Shown: positions 22,895 to 34,023 of the stretch, piece after piece | Position numbering within the stretch: the stretch's first letter is position 1 | Layout of the letters: each line of letters begins with the position of its first letter | NCBI GenBank assembly: GCA_965240325.2 | Contig: OZ251242.1 | Coordinates: 744,001-808,000 of the forward strand | DNA from: Rebecca billardiae RCC1528 | Lineage: Eukaryota; Protista; Haptophyta | Direction: 5' to 3' | DNA: 64,000 nucleotides | Program-made: the position numbers and the translations under genes | Notes under the pieces: generated by a model | Databases searched by the model: none | What the model was told of the DNA's origin: nothing | What the model saw: the letters and a program-made list of their open reading frames with translations, nothing else

Positions 22895-24346
22895 ATGCCT
22901 GCCGCTGGCCGCATCGCCGCCACGCTGGCCTTCGTGCTGGCGTGCACGCGCGGCGTGGGAGGCGCGCAGCGCGTGCGCAAGAACTTCCCGGCGGTGCGCC
23001 TCTGCATGGTCGTGCTCTACGAGTACGAGAAGAGCACCATTTTTCATCACCTCGCCTACCACCAGCTCGCCGGCGTCGAGTCTGTCTGGGTCTACGTGGA
23101 CGACCGCACGCGCGACTCGCCGCTGCGCCACGAGTGGCTGCACGCGCTGCACGCGATGCGGCCGTACGTGCGCGTGCTGCTGTGGTCGACGGTGGGCGTC
23201 CCGGACCAGGAGGGCGTGCGGAGGCACTGCCTGCGCGAGACCGAGGAGGCTCGAGACGTGACGTGGGTCGGGTTCTGGGACGCAGACGAGTACTTGCACT
23301 TGGGTGCGCCGCTCGTCGCCAAGCCGGAGCAGAGCGGCAGCGCCGACGGGTGGAACGCGTGGGATATCCGCGCGGAGCTGCGCGGTGTCCCGAGCGCCGT
23401 GCTCGGCCTCATCCTGCCGCGGCTGCCCATCACCGACATGTCTGGCGATGGGCCGGGCGAGCGCGGCGCGGCAGCGCCGATGCGCCCGCAGCCGCCGACG
23501 GCCGAGCTTGGCAAGTTCTTCTTCGAGCCGCGAGCGTACACGGCGACGCGGCGCGACGCGGAGGGCCGCGCGCGCGCCATGTGCAATGGCAAGCCGCTGC
23601 TGCGCGTGGGCCGCGGGCTGCACGCCTTCACACACAACGTGCTCACCGACGTGCCCGCCCGGCACGTCGGCCCGCGCGCGCCGCCCTTCGAACCGTACCC
23701 GGCGCCTCTCACCTCGCTGCAGGGCGACAGCTCGTGCGCCGGCTGGCGTCGGCGTCCGCCCACCTTGGTCTGGCCAGCCGAGCTGCCTGACGCGCCCGCG
23801 GACGCGCTCGTCAACTACTCGGCGGTGCACCTGTACCACTACGCCACGCGCTCGCAGGCCGAGTGCACGGCCAAAGCGTACAACCAGGGCCACGGCCGCG
23901 GCGCGACCATACCGCTAGGCGGGCACAGCCTACACCGCGTCAACCGGCCGATCAACTGCACGCTCGGCCGCCACGAGGCGATCAACGTCTACGGCGTCGC
24001 CGCCGCGGCCGAGGCCGCCGATCGACGCGTGCGCGAGATGCTGCCCTTGCTGGCGCAACGCGTGAGGCTGGACGCGCGCCAGTGGAGCGTGGCACCGCTC
24101 CGGCCGGAAGAGCACGGGCGCAGGCCGCACGAGCCCGCGCCCGCGCCCGCGCCCGAACGGGGAGCGATGGCCGGGGCTGCGATGGGGATCAGCCAGCGAG
24201 CGGCTTTCAGGCGCATCGGCGGCGCCGACCTCCGCGCGGGGCCGCATCCGCCGGTCGCGTGGCGGCTGCCCCGCGCCGAGCCGGGTGCCTCGCGCCACTG
24301 GTCAGCCGGAGTCAGGGCGCCGGCGCGGCCTGAGCCACGTGCGTGA
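22895..24346 (+). CDS. GT-A fold glycosyltransferase (GT92/GT2-like), signal-anchored
   Basis: N-terminal hydrophobic segment; YHQLAGVESVWVYVDD, WVGFWDADEYL (DxD), HLYHYATRS. Confidence 0.8.
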   Translation: MPAAGRIAATLAFVLACTRGVGGAQRVRKNFPAVRLCMVVLYEYEKSTIFHHLAYHQLAGVESVWVYVDDRTRDSPLRHEWLHALHAMRPYVRVLLWSTVGVPDQEGVRRHCLRETEEARDVTWVGFWDADEYLHLGAPLVAKPEQSGSADGWNAWDIRAELRGVPSAVLGLILPRLPITDMSGDGPGERGAAAPMRPQPPTAELGKFFFEPRAYTATRRDAEGRARAMCNGKPLLRVGRGLHAFTHNVLTDVPARHVGPRAPPFEPYPAPLTSLQGDSSCAGWRRRPPTLVWPAELPDAPADALVNYSAVHLYHYATRSQAECTAKAYNQGHGRGATIPLGGHSLHRVNRPINCTLGRHEAINVYGVAAAAEAADRRVREMLPLLAQRVRLDARQWSVAPLRPEEHGRRPHEPAPAPAPERGAMAGAAMGISQRAAFRRIGGADLRAGPHPPVAWRLPRAEPGASRHWSAGVRAPARPEPRA

Positions 24347-24740
24347 CGAATTGGCTGGGGCCTTCGGACGGTGTTGCGATGTCCACATCATCGATGGCAT
24401 TCTGCGCGCCTGTGAGACGCGCGAGTACCAGTTCTACCGTGCCCCGATGTCCGCCATCGCGAGCACTCGCGGCAGCTGGCCCGCGCCGGGCACAGATGGA
24501 CCTCCTACCTGGGCGCAAGCCGCTGTTCATCGGTGCACGACGGTGGTGGGCAGTGTTCATCATCAGAGGGAAAGAGAGCCGGAGAGTTGGGGAGTCCGAA
24601 CCGGCACGTTGAACGCCGCTAAGGGTCCGGTGCAACTGCCGCGCTTGCGCCACCGCCCACCGTAGCGCCGGTTGTCCCCGGACAAGTGGAGCATCTCCTC
24701 GCGCGGTCGTCGTCGGGCGCGGTTCGCCGAAAGCAGCACC

Positions 24741-26472
24741 ATGCTCGCGCGCGCTGCACGTGTGGGGCTCTCGCCCGCGGCGGGGAGGGAGGCGCGCGCG
24801 GTGGCCGCCCTGGCGGCGACGGCGGGGCGGCGCTCCCTCTCCACCCCGACAAAGATGACCGTGCGCGACGCGCTCAACTCGGCGATCGACGAGGAGATGA
24901 CGCGCGACGACGACGTGTTCGTGCTCGGCGAAGAGGTCGCGCAGTACCAGGGCGCGTACAAGATCACGAAGGGGCTGTGGCAGAAGTACGGCGACAAGCG
25001 GGTGATCGACACGCCGATCACCGAGGCGGGCTTCACTGGCATCGCCATCGGCGCCGCGCTCCACAAGCTCCGGCCGATCTGCGAGTTCATGACGTTCAAC
25101 TTTTCGATGCAGGCGATTGACCACATCCTCAACTCGGCGGGCAAGATGTACTACATGTCGGGCGGGCAGTTTAAGGTGCCCATCGTGTTCCGCGGGCCGA
25201 ACGGCGCCGCCGCGGGCGTCGCCGCGCAGCACTCGCAGTGCTTCGCCGCCTGGTTCAGCCACTGCCCGGGGCTGAAGGTGGGAGCGAGCGCGCGCGCAAC
25301 GCGCCGCGCGCTCGCGCTCACGCGCGCGCGCAGACCGACGCCGCGCGGGCCGACGCCGCGCGGCGAGGCGCCGGCGCGGCGCGCGCACGCGCACACAAAA
25401 CGCACAACCCCCGCCCTCCTCCCTCCGCGCGCCCTCAGGTCGTCGCGCCGTACGACGCGGCCGACGCGCGCGGCCTGCTCAAGGCAGCCATCCGCGACGA
25501 CAACCCGGTTATTTTCCTGGAGAACGAGATCCTGTATGGTATGGAGTTCGACATCGGGCCGGAGGTGCGCGTGCGCGTGCGTGCGGGCGTGTGGGCGTGC
25601 GCGCGGGCGTGCGGGGCGGTGTGTGTGCGCGCGGGGGGGTGAGGGTGTGGAGCGGGGGGGGGGCGGGGGCGCGCCGCGCGCACGCACGCACCCCGCGCGC
25701 CGCGCGCGCGCCGTGCGCGCGCTGTGCGCGCGCAGCAGCGCACGGCAGCGCGCCACCGCGCGCGGCCGCGCGAAACCGCCGTGCCGCGGCCTGGCGCTCA
25801 CGCGCAGCCGTGCGGGTGTCGCGCGCGCGCGCGGCCGCAGGTGATGGATAAGGACTTCACGGTGCCCATCGGAAAGGCGAAGGTCGAGCGCGAAGGCACC
25901 GACGTGACCATCGTCTCCTATTCGCGCGGCGTGCACAAGGCGCTCGAGGCGGCAGAGGTGCGTGCGCGGCGCCGCGCGCTTCTCGCGCTCGGCCTCTCGC
26001 GCGACGTGGCCACGCGCGGCGGGCGGGCGCTCGCGCCCCGTGCTGCTGCTGCTGCTACCGCCGCCGCCGCGGTCGCGCTCGCGCGCGCAGCCAGCTCAGT
26101 CGCCTCGTTCCGCGCGGGGCGCGCGCGCGCGCCCTTGCCTGCCCGCAGGAGCTTGCGGCGCAGGGCGTGAGTGCCGAGGTGATCAACCTGCGCACGCTGC
26201 GGCCGCTCGACCGCGCGACGATCGTCGCGTCCGTGCAGAAGACGAACCGGATGGTCACGGTCGAGGAGGGCTGGCCGCAGTCCGGCGTGGGCGCAGAGCT
26301 CGGCGCCATCATTTACGAGTCGGAGGCATTTGACTATCTGGACGCGCCCGTCGAGCGCGTGACCGGCGCGGACGTGCCGATGCCGTACGCCGAGAACCTC
26401 GAAACGATGGCGCTGCCGCAAAAGCACAACGTGGTCACCGCGGTGCAGCGCGTGTGCTACCGCTCCGGATGA
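24741..26472 (+). CDS. PDHB: Mitochondrial pyruvate dehydrogenase E1 beta subunit, 4 exons
   Basis: Exons 24741-25277, 25439-25564, 25841-25957, 26149-26472; [64 protein letters not shown]; Arg/Ala-rich presequence. Confidence 0.98.
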
Positions 26473-26860
26473 GCGCGCTCGGCCGCGCGGACGGCGCGCA
26501 CCGCGCCTCGTGCGCCACGGAGGGCGCAAGCGCGCGCGCAGCGCTAGGCTGCCAGCGCCAGCCTTGCGCGGGGCGCGGGGCCGCGCGCCGCGGGGCCTCT
26601 CCGAATCCGCTCGCTGCCGGTGCGTGCAGAGGGACTGCGACTCGGCCAGGGCACGCGATGCATGCCTGGCGAGCTGGGGCTCGTCGGGCCTCACGCCGCA
26701 CGGTCAGTGCAGCGAATACATCGGCACCCATCAGCCAAGCCGCGTGCGCGCGCGCGAGCATTAAACGATGACGTGGCGAGTCATCATCATCTCACATAGT
26801 CTGCCCATCTGGCGCCGCTGCGTCATCGTCCGTATACTGCTACTATATATTCCGTCCGTA

Positions 26861-26864
<4 letters not shown>

Positions 26865-26954
<90 letters not shown>
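26865..26954. repeat. (AT)n microsatellite, left flank of the split-repeat element
   Basis: About 45 AT units. Confidence 0.98.
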
Positions 26955-26957
<3 letters not shown>

Positions 26958-29900
26958 TAGCCGTCCTCGAAGCGCCTGCGCCATCCAGATGCAGTGAGGA
27001 GGCGAGGCACATCGAAACAAAGTGCGAGCGGCAGCCAGCGCTCGGGCCGAGCGCGCGGCAGGACTGGCCGCTCGACGCCGACAGACGCGCGGTGTGAGAT
27101 GGATCCCGCGCGCCGGCCCGCAGAGTGAGAGCGAGCAGCATGCCAAACCGAGGAACAGATCGATGGCGGAGGGCGCACCGCGCCGACGCAGCGGCAAAAA
27201 ACGCCAGGCAACATCAAGCTGCCAACAGCAGGGGTGGGCGGGCGGGGCAGCTTGGACGACGCAGCTCGAGAGCCGCCAAGCCGCACGACAGCGAGGCACG
27301 AAGGACATCGTGCATAGGGCGCCTCGAAGCTGCGGGCCGCCGGAAACGGCTGCGAAGGGCGCTCGCTGCGAGTGAGCAGGAGGCATGCAGCAGCGACGGT
27401 AACGGTTGGCTCGGCGCCTGATGGAAAACCCAGTTCACGAATTGGCCGCCCTGACCGCCATGCCAACCTTGCCTAGTGAGCTTATGGCCCAGGAGCAGCG
27501 CAGAGAGTAGGTCGTTCTAGGCCGTCGTGCGTGCACACAGAGCACGGGCTCGAAAGTCCCTCGTGGCACGAGAAGAGGGTGGCCAAGATGGCAGCCGGAC
27601 TTGAGCTCGGCCGCCTGGCTCAGGCTGAATGGCAGGCAGGTGTTGATACGGCGCATTGCGCTCCCACCGTCCTCTTAGACAATCAGTTATTGTGCCAATA
27701 ACCCCACGTCTAGCCGTCCTCGAAGCGCCTGCGCCATCCAGATGCAGTGAGGAGGCGAGGCACACGCCGGGCAGGGCGGAGCCACGCTGCGAGAGACCAG
27801 ACTTTATACATATTGTATGGGATTTTTGTTCCTCGAAACAAAGTGCGAGCGGCAGCCAGCGCTCGGGCCGAGCGCGCGGCAGGACTGGCCGCTCGACGCC
27901 GACAGACGCGCGGTGTGAGATGGATCCCATTTGTGGTTGTACTGGTGGGTGGTCCGCACGTCGGGGTTGAAGAGGAAATCCCATAAAGAAAGGTGGACGA
28001 AGTAGTGGGGAAGGCAACCAGGCGATAGGACGAGACCGGTAGTGGATGCGGCCCACGCGCCCAGGATCGGACCCAGCCAAAGCCAAGGACGGCAGAGGCA
28101 GTTGTGCACGACGGCGACATAATGCCCAGAGCCACGAGTGCCAGCGGAGCGGGCGGGCGAGCCGGTAAATCAAACGCACGGAGCCGCGAGCGACTAGACG
28201 GCGGAGCGAGACCAAAGATGCCGCCATCGCGGGCCGTCGGCGTTTAGGAACCACCAAGCGCTCGTAGAGGCAGCTCGATGCGGGCGCCGGGGGAGGGGCG
28301 GGGAGTAGGGTGGAGGCGAGGCCACGCGAGAGCAGGGGGCGACGCGAGCGCGTGAAAGCAGCGCACGCATGCCGCTGGCTAGCGACCCCAGGGCCGCGCA
28401 CGCCGACCCGCTGGCCGGAGGGGGCCGAAGGCAGCAAGCACGCGCGACCCGTGGGCGGCACGCGCCCACCGCGGGCCGGAGGGGGGGCCAAGGACAGCCG
28501 GCACGTGCGACCCGAGGGCCGCGGGTGCCGACCGCGGACCGGAGGGGGGGGCAAGGACAGCCGGCACGCGCGACCCGAGGGCCGCGCGTGCCGACCGCGG
28601 GCCGGGGCCAAGGACAGCCGGCACGCGCGACCCGAGGGCCGCGCGTGCCGACCGCGGGCCGGAGGGGGGGCCAAGTACAGCCGGCGCGCGCGACCCGAGG
28701 GCCGCGCGTGCCGGCCGCGGGCCGGGGCCAAGGACAGCCGGCACGCGCGACCCGAGGGCCGCGCGCGCCGACCGCGGGCCGGGGTCAAGGGACGGCCGGC
28801 ACGTGCGACCCGAGGGCCGCGCGCGCCGACCGCGGGCCGGGGCCAAGGGACGGCCGGCACGCGCGACCCGAGGGCCGCGCGCGCCGACCGCGGGCCGGAG
28901 GTCGAGCCGCGCGGGCGTGAGCACGCCCCTGAGCGGGCGGGCAGCGGCGAGCGGCGGCGAGCGGAGAGCGTGCAGCGAGCACGAGGGCGCCGAGTGCGAG
29001 CGGCGCAGCCACCGTGCAGCGGGGCGACGGCGGCGGAGCGAGCCGACGAGGCAGGAGCGCGCCGCGCGTTGATGAGCGCGCGAGCAGCACGCCGTTGCCA
29101 AGCGGCGCGGGCGTGTGCACGCCCCTGCGCGGGCGAGCGGCGGCGAGCGGCGGCGTGCGGAGAGCGTGCAGCGAGCACGAGCGCGCCGAGTGCGAGCGGC
29201 GCAGCCACCGTGCCGCGGGGCGACGGCGGCGGAGCGAGCCGGGAGCGCGCCGGCGCCGATGAGCGCGCGGGCAGCTGGCTGGTGTCGCGCGGCGCAGGCG
29301 CAAACTCGCCACCGCGAGGGCGGACCGTGGCGAGCGGCGGCGAGCGGCGGCGTGCGGAGAGCGCGCAGCGAGCACGAGCGCGCCGAGCGCGAGCGGCGTA
29401 GTGGCAGCGCCGCGGGGCGACTGCGGTGGAGCGAGCGGCGGGCCGCGCGTCGAGGAGCGCGCGGGCAGCACGCCGCTGTCAAGCGGCGCGAGCGTGTGCA
29501 CGCCCCTGCGCGGGCGACGCAGCTCGAGAGCCGCCAAGCCGCACGACAGCGAGGCACGAAGGACATCGTGCATAGGGCGCCTCGAAGCTGCGGGCCGCCG
29601 GAAACGGCTGCGAAGGGCGCTCGCTGCGAGTGAGCAGGAGGCATGCAGCAGCGACGGTAACGGTTGGCTCGGCGCCTGATGGAAAACCCAGTTCACGAAT
29701 TGGCCGCCCTGACCGCCATGCCAACCTTGCCTAGTGAGCTTATGGCCCAGGAGCAGCGCAGAGAGTAGGTCGTTCTAGGCCGTCGTGCGTGCACACAGAG
29801 CACGGGCTCGAAAGTCCCTCGTGGCACGAGAAGAGGGTGGCCAAGATGGCAGCCGGACTTGAGCTCGGCCGCCTGGCTCAGGCTGAATGGCAGGCAGGTG

Positions 29901-29965
29901 TTGATACGGCGCATTGCGCTCCCACCGTCCTCTTAGACAATCAGTTATTGTGCCAATAACCCCAC
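26955..29965. mobile_element. Non-coding A-B-A'-internal-B' (split direct repeat or head-to-tail) element in (TA)n
   Basis: A 26955-27107 matches A' 27708-27928 (68-bp indel); B 27257-27707 matches B' 29515-29965 (451 bp); ends ATAT|GTCTAG and CCCCAC|ATAT; internal junction CCCCAC|GTCTAG. Confidence 0.88.
28440..29514 (+). repeat. Internal GC-rich minisatellites: ~57-63-bp unit x~8 (28440-28900), then ~185-bp unit x~3
   Basis: CACGCGCGACCCGAGGGCCGCGCG.GCCGACCGCGGGCCGG repeated; GGAGAGCGTGCAGCGAGCACGAG.GCGCCGAG repeated. Confidence 0.9.
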
Positions 29966-30606
29966 ATATATGCGCTCGTCATCATGTCATCACTCACTAA
30001 TACGCCTACGGTGATATGCTGACGCGGTCAGTCCGAAGTGGCGCGTCCCGGGTCCGCGGGGGCTGAGGCCTTCACCGCCTTCAGGCTCGTCACGGCTGTG
30101 AGTAGTAGTGCTGTAGTGACGGCGGCGGGACGAAACTCCTAAGTTACGACGACGACTAATACGCTGGCGGCCGCCCGCCACGCCCACGGCCAGCACGGCA
30201 CGGCCACGGGGCCGCCGGGCGCGGGCCTGGGCGGCCCTGTTCAAAATAATTATAATAAAGAGGTATAACGTGCTGATATGAGCAGACGATATACTATGAC
30301 GTGCGCACAGCGTCACAGTGACACACTGTCAGACTGTCACAGCAGCGCGCGCCAAGCTAGAACTCATCGGACATCGGTCCGAGAGGCGCCGCGGGACGCG
30401 CGGCCAGAGGTGCGGGTGACAGGCTGCTAGTTAGGCTTCACTTGATGGAGCCGCACGTTACTGACGCTGCAGCGCGGCCACGGGCGGCTGCGTCACACTA
30501 GCTCAGCACCTCAGAGTCCTAAGCACTTGCATCAGTCACTCAGTACGTCAGGACGGACCGGGCGCCAGGCGGGCGACAGCCTGCGGCGGCGGCACGGCCC
30601 GCGCGG

Positions 30607-31494
30607 TCACGCCCAGTCGTTGCCGGGCGGGAGAAGGACCGGCTCCTCGTCGGGACCGCAGCGCGCCCACACGAAAGTGCCGCCGCCCGGCTCGTACCGG
30701 GAGATACGGATCCCGGCGGACCGTGCCTCTTGTGAGCCGTCCGCCTCGTCATCAGGCGCGCCGCCGCTCAGCACACTCGTGACAAGCTCGATGTCGGCGC
30801 TCCCGGGCCGGACTCGCTCGAAGAGGTCGGCGGTGGGGAACGCGATGTCGTCGATGGACATGAACGGCGCGAGCTGCGCGATCGAGGAGCGCAGCACCTG
30901 CGTCTTCTGCACTCGCAGCGCCGTCGAGAGCGGCAGCGGCGGCGCCGGCCCGTCAGTGGCCCTGGGCAGGACGGCCGCGGTCGACGTCATCAGGCTGCTG
31001 GCGCGGGGGAGCAGCGCGTCGAAGAGCGTGACGAAGAGCTCGATCTGCGAGACGAGGCGCGTGGGGCTGATGGACTGACGCGCCATGCCGACCGACTTGA
31101 ACGGGATGCCGTCCGTGACCGCGTACACCGCATCGGCCAGCGAGCTGCTGGCAGCGTTGCGCGGCGTCACCGCCGCGTCCATGCCGGCGGCGAGCTTACG
31201 GAAGGCTGCGAAGAACGGCGAGGCGCGGTACGCCGCCTCGGTGGCGTACACGAGCTTCCATTCGCCGTACAGCAGCTCTGGATCACCCTGGGCGAGCGGC
31301 GAGCTCTCGAGCGCGTGGATGAGGCGCACAGCTGCAGCTCGCTGCGCGTTGCTCGCCACCTGCCCGCGGTCAGTCGCCGCACCGAGAGCGAGCAGATCGC
31401 GCTGGGCCGCGCGAAACGCACGCGCCGTTGCGAGTGGGCCGGAATCGCTGACGGTCGCGAGCACAGCCGTCGCCACGAGCCACAAGGGCGGCAT
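30607..31494 (-). CDS. PAP/fibrillin family plastid lipid-associated protein
   Basis: Signal peptide; TDRGQVASNAQR...LIHALE; LLYGEWKLVYAT. Confidence 0.85.
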   Translation of the reverse strand: MPPLWLVATAVLATVSDSGPLATARAFRAAQRDLLALGAATDRGQVASNAQRAAAVRLIHALESSPLAQGDPELLYGEWKLVYATEAAYRASPFFAAFRKLAAGMDAAVTPRNAASSSLADAVYAVTDGIPFKSVGMARQSISPTRLVSQIELFVTLFDALLPRASSLMTSTAAVLPRATDGPAPPLPLSTALRVQKTQVLRSSIAQLAPFMSIDDIAFPTADLFERVRPGSADIELVTSVLSGGAPDDEADGSQEARSAGIRISRYEPGGGTFVWARCGPDEEPVLLPPGNDWA

Positions 31495-31918
31495 GCCGGG
31501 CGTCTCTCGCCGACGCCACCGTCGTCGTCAGCCCGATGCGCGCGATGAATCATGAATCCGCGCGACGGGCGGCCGCGACCGAGCGTGGGAGGCGAAAACT
31601 AAAAGACCCGCGAGAAAGGCAGAAAGCAGACGAGAGAAAATCCATGCGCAGTTCTAACGATGGTGGATCAGCAGGCCCGCCTTGGGACCAGGCGGCAGCC
31701 CGCCGCAATTGGCAGCTCGTCGTCGGAGGCCAAGCCTCAGAGTGGCCTAAAGGCCGCCAGCTGGAGCCAAAAGGCCAACATCGCGCGAGCTCGGCCTCAT
31801 CTGCAGGTGGCAATCGCCCCGCGGCCAGCGACGGAGGTCGACTGCCGCGCACGGCGCACGCAGCCGCCGCGCAGGCGGCTACCCTAGGCACACGGCGGCT
31901 GGCGGCGATCCTCGAGCT

Positions 31919-32668
31919 TCACCTGCGTGCGCCAGGCCCCGGCCTCTTGCGCGCGCCCTTGCGCGCAGGTCGCCGCTCGCCCGCACCACCGCCCTGTGCG
32001 CCCGCAATGGCCATGATCCGGTCTCGCCTGCGCCGGTACAGCTCGTCAGGCAGCCGGAAGCTCGTGGCCTGCAGCTCGTCGACGACGCGCGTGTGCTCGG
32101 GCATGCTGATCTCACGGAAGTGCATCCGGGCGTCGCGATTGGCGTAGAGCGCGGCGACCGAGCCGCGGTCGATGCTGGGGAAGAGCACCTTGTCCTTCCT
32201 GGCCCCTTTGTCGTCGTCGATGGCGAAGATCACGCCCTCCTTGAGCAGCTGCTCCACGTCCTGCCGCACAGTCGGGTACTCTTCCTTCACGTCCGCAATG
32301 ATCGTCGAGAGCGGCGTGCCCGAGCGGGCGCCGGCGAGCGCCGCGGCGAGCGAGCGGCGGTCCCTGAAGGCGAACGTGGTGCGGTACACGTACATGCGCG
32401 CGCCCTCGTGCTCCTGCAGGTCGATGTGCGGGTTGACGAGCAGCGCCTCGAGCGCGGTCTTGAGCGAGCCGTCGGCCGCCTCGTACTGCTGCTCCGACAG
32501 CCGCTCGCCGTCCCACTGCGTCCAGCTGTGGCCGCCCGCGTCGAGCCACGCGGCCAGCTCCTCGCGCGTGTGCGGCTTCTCGCGCACACGCAGCTCGAGC
32601 TGCTTGAGCACCACCGGCAGCGCCGGCAGCTTCTTGCGCGCCTTCCGCGCGGCGTCGGCGGCCGACAT
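31919..32668 (-). CDS. GTF2E2: Transcription initiation factor TFIIE beta subunit
   Basis: Winged-helix pattern ALLVNPHI...YVYR...FRDRRSL...IADVKEEYP...VEQLLKEGVIF...KDKVLF...FREISMP, basic C-tail; ATG at 32668. Confidence 0.75.
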   Translation of the reverse strand: MSAADAARKARKKLPALPVVLKQLELRVREKPHTREELAAWLDAGGHSWTQWDGERLSEQQYEAADGSLKTALEALLVNPHIDLQEHEGARMYVYRTTFAFRDRRSLAAALAGARSGTPLSTIIADVKEEYPTVRQDVEQLLKEGVIFAIDDDKGARKDKVLFPSIDRGSVAALYANRDARMHFREISMPEHTRVVDELQATSFRLPDELYRRRRDRIMAIAGAQGGGAGERRPARKGARKRPGPGARR

Positions 32669-32740
32669 CGTGAACTCGCGAGCCAGAGCTCCAGATGGGG
32701 CGTCCTCGCCGGACTTGGCCTGCCGAGGCGTTACCAGTAG

Positions 32741-33849
32741 CAAGGGTGTCCAGGGTCCGCAACAGCCAGTGCGCAGCGCGGCAGAGGCTGTGACATCGCG
32801 AGGTCGCCGCTCGCCAGTGGGACTCGCCCGCCCGCCGCCGTGCACGGCGGCGGAGCCGCTCGCGCCGTGCGCTCCTGCGGCCGTCGGATCGGGCTGCGTA
32901 GGCGGCGCGCGGCTTGGGCCGTCGCAGAGCCACCCAGCGCCCCTCTCTGCGCCGCGCGCCTTCCTCGTCCTCGCCTCCTCCGCGCCTTGGAGCAGCACGC
33001 ACACGCGCGGCGCCGCACAAAGGCAGCCCAGGCGCTCGCGTGCAAGCGTGCGCGTGCGCAGCGCGACGGGCTCGACTCGGGGCTCGCGCCGCTGCGGGGG
33101 CATGCAGCACCATCCCATGCGCGCGCGACGCCACCTCGAGCCTGCGCATCGCTGTGACCGTCACGCCCCAAATGCTCACACGTCCTCGTGTTAAAGTAGG
33201 CCCAATCTGACCAGAACCTGCCATGCGTCAGGACAACTTCTTAGGCAAGACACGATGACAGCTACGACGCGGCGCTTCTCAGCAAGCGTGGAGACCACAA
33301 GAGAAGCGCACGCAAGCATGACCGTCTCCGCATCGATCGCGTCGACGCACTCAAGGCCCGTTGTGGAAGCTTCCGTCGCACGTGTGATGATGCCAAGTCA
33401 GACCATTTTGTAACGTGCATCAGCGTGCACTGACAGTCAAACGCGCAGGTTCGAGGTGGCGTCGCGCGCGCATGGGATGGTGCTGCATGCCCCCGCAGCG
33501 GCGCGAGCCCCGAGTCGAGCCCGTCGCGCTGCGCGCGCGCACGCTTGCACGCGAGCGCCTGGGCTGCCTTTGTGCGGCGCCGCGCGTGTGCGTGCTGCTC
33601 CAAGGCGCGGAGGAGGCGAGGACGAGGAAGGCGCGCGGCGCAGAGAGGGGCGCTGGGTGGCTCTGCGACGGCCCAAGCCGCGCGCCGCCTACGCAGCCCG
33701 ATCCGACGGCCGCAGGAGCGCACGGCGCGAGCGGCTCCGCCGCCGTGCACGGCGGCGGGCGGGCGAGTCCCACTGGCGAGCGGCGACCTCGCTCTGTCAC
33801 AGCCTCTGCCGCGCTGCGCACTGGCTGTTGCGGACCCTGGACACCCTTG
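32741..33849. mobile_element. Foldback P/Galileo-like non-autonomous element FB-A, 1109 bp, 7-bp TSD CCAGTAG
   Basis: CCAGTAG|CAAGGGTGTCCAGGG...CCCTGGACACCCTTG|CCAGTAG; arms 32741-33147 and 33443-33849 (407 bp); 295-bp loop. Confidence 0.92.
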
Positions 33850-34023
33850 CCAGTAGGTCCGGCCTCGTCGGCCTCGAGTCTCGGCCTTGGTTGACGAGTT
33901 ACTGGCGATTTCGCAGCATCTCGACCGCATCTGAAAGGGCGCCCGCGCCGAGACTGCAACGCTTCTGCCTCCCGGCGCGCACGCCGTCCGCCAGTCGCCG
34001 AGCCGCACGCACGAGGACCTCTG

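Noticed and set aside
27410-27450. Hammerhead ribozyme core (CTGATGG...GAA)
   Set aside because: Lacks the CUGAnGA/GAAA core with pairing stems; a covariance search is needed
28440-28900. CRISPR-like array
   Set aside because: Contiguous minisatellite without unique spacers; no cas genes; eukaryotic context
26954-29966. Conventional LTR/TRIM element (TG...CA ends)
   Set aside because: Repeats are ordered A-B-A-B rather than as two terminal LTRs; the TG/CA overlap the TA target; no PBS/PPT or TSD seen
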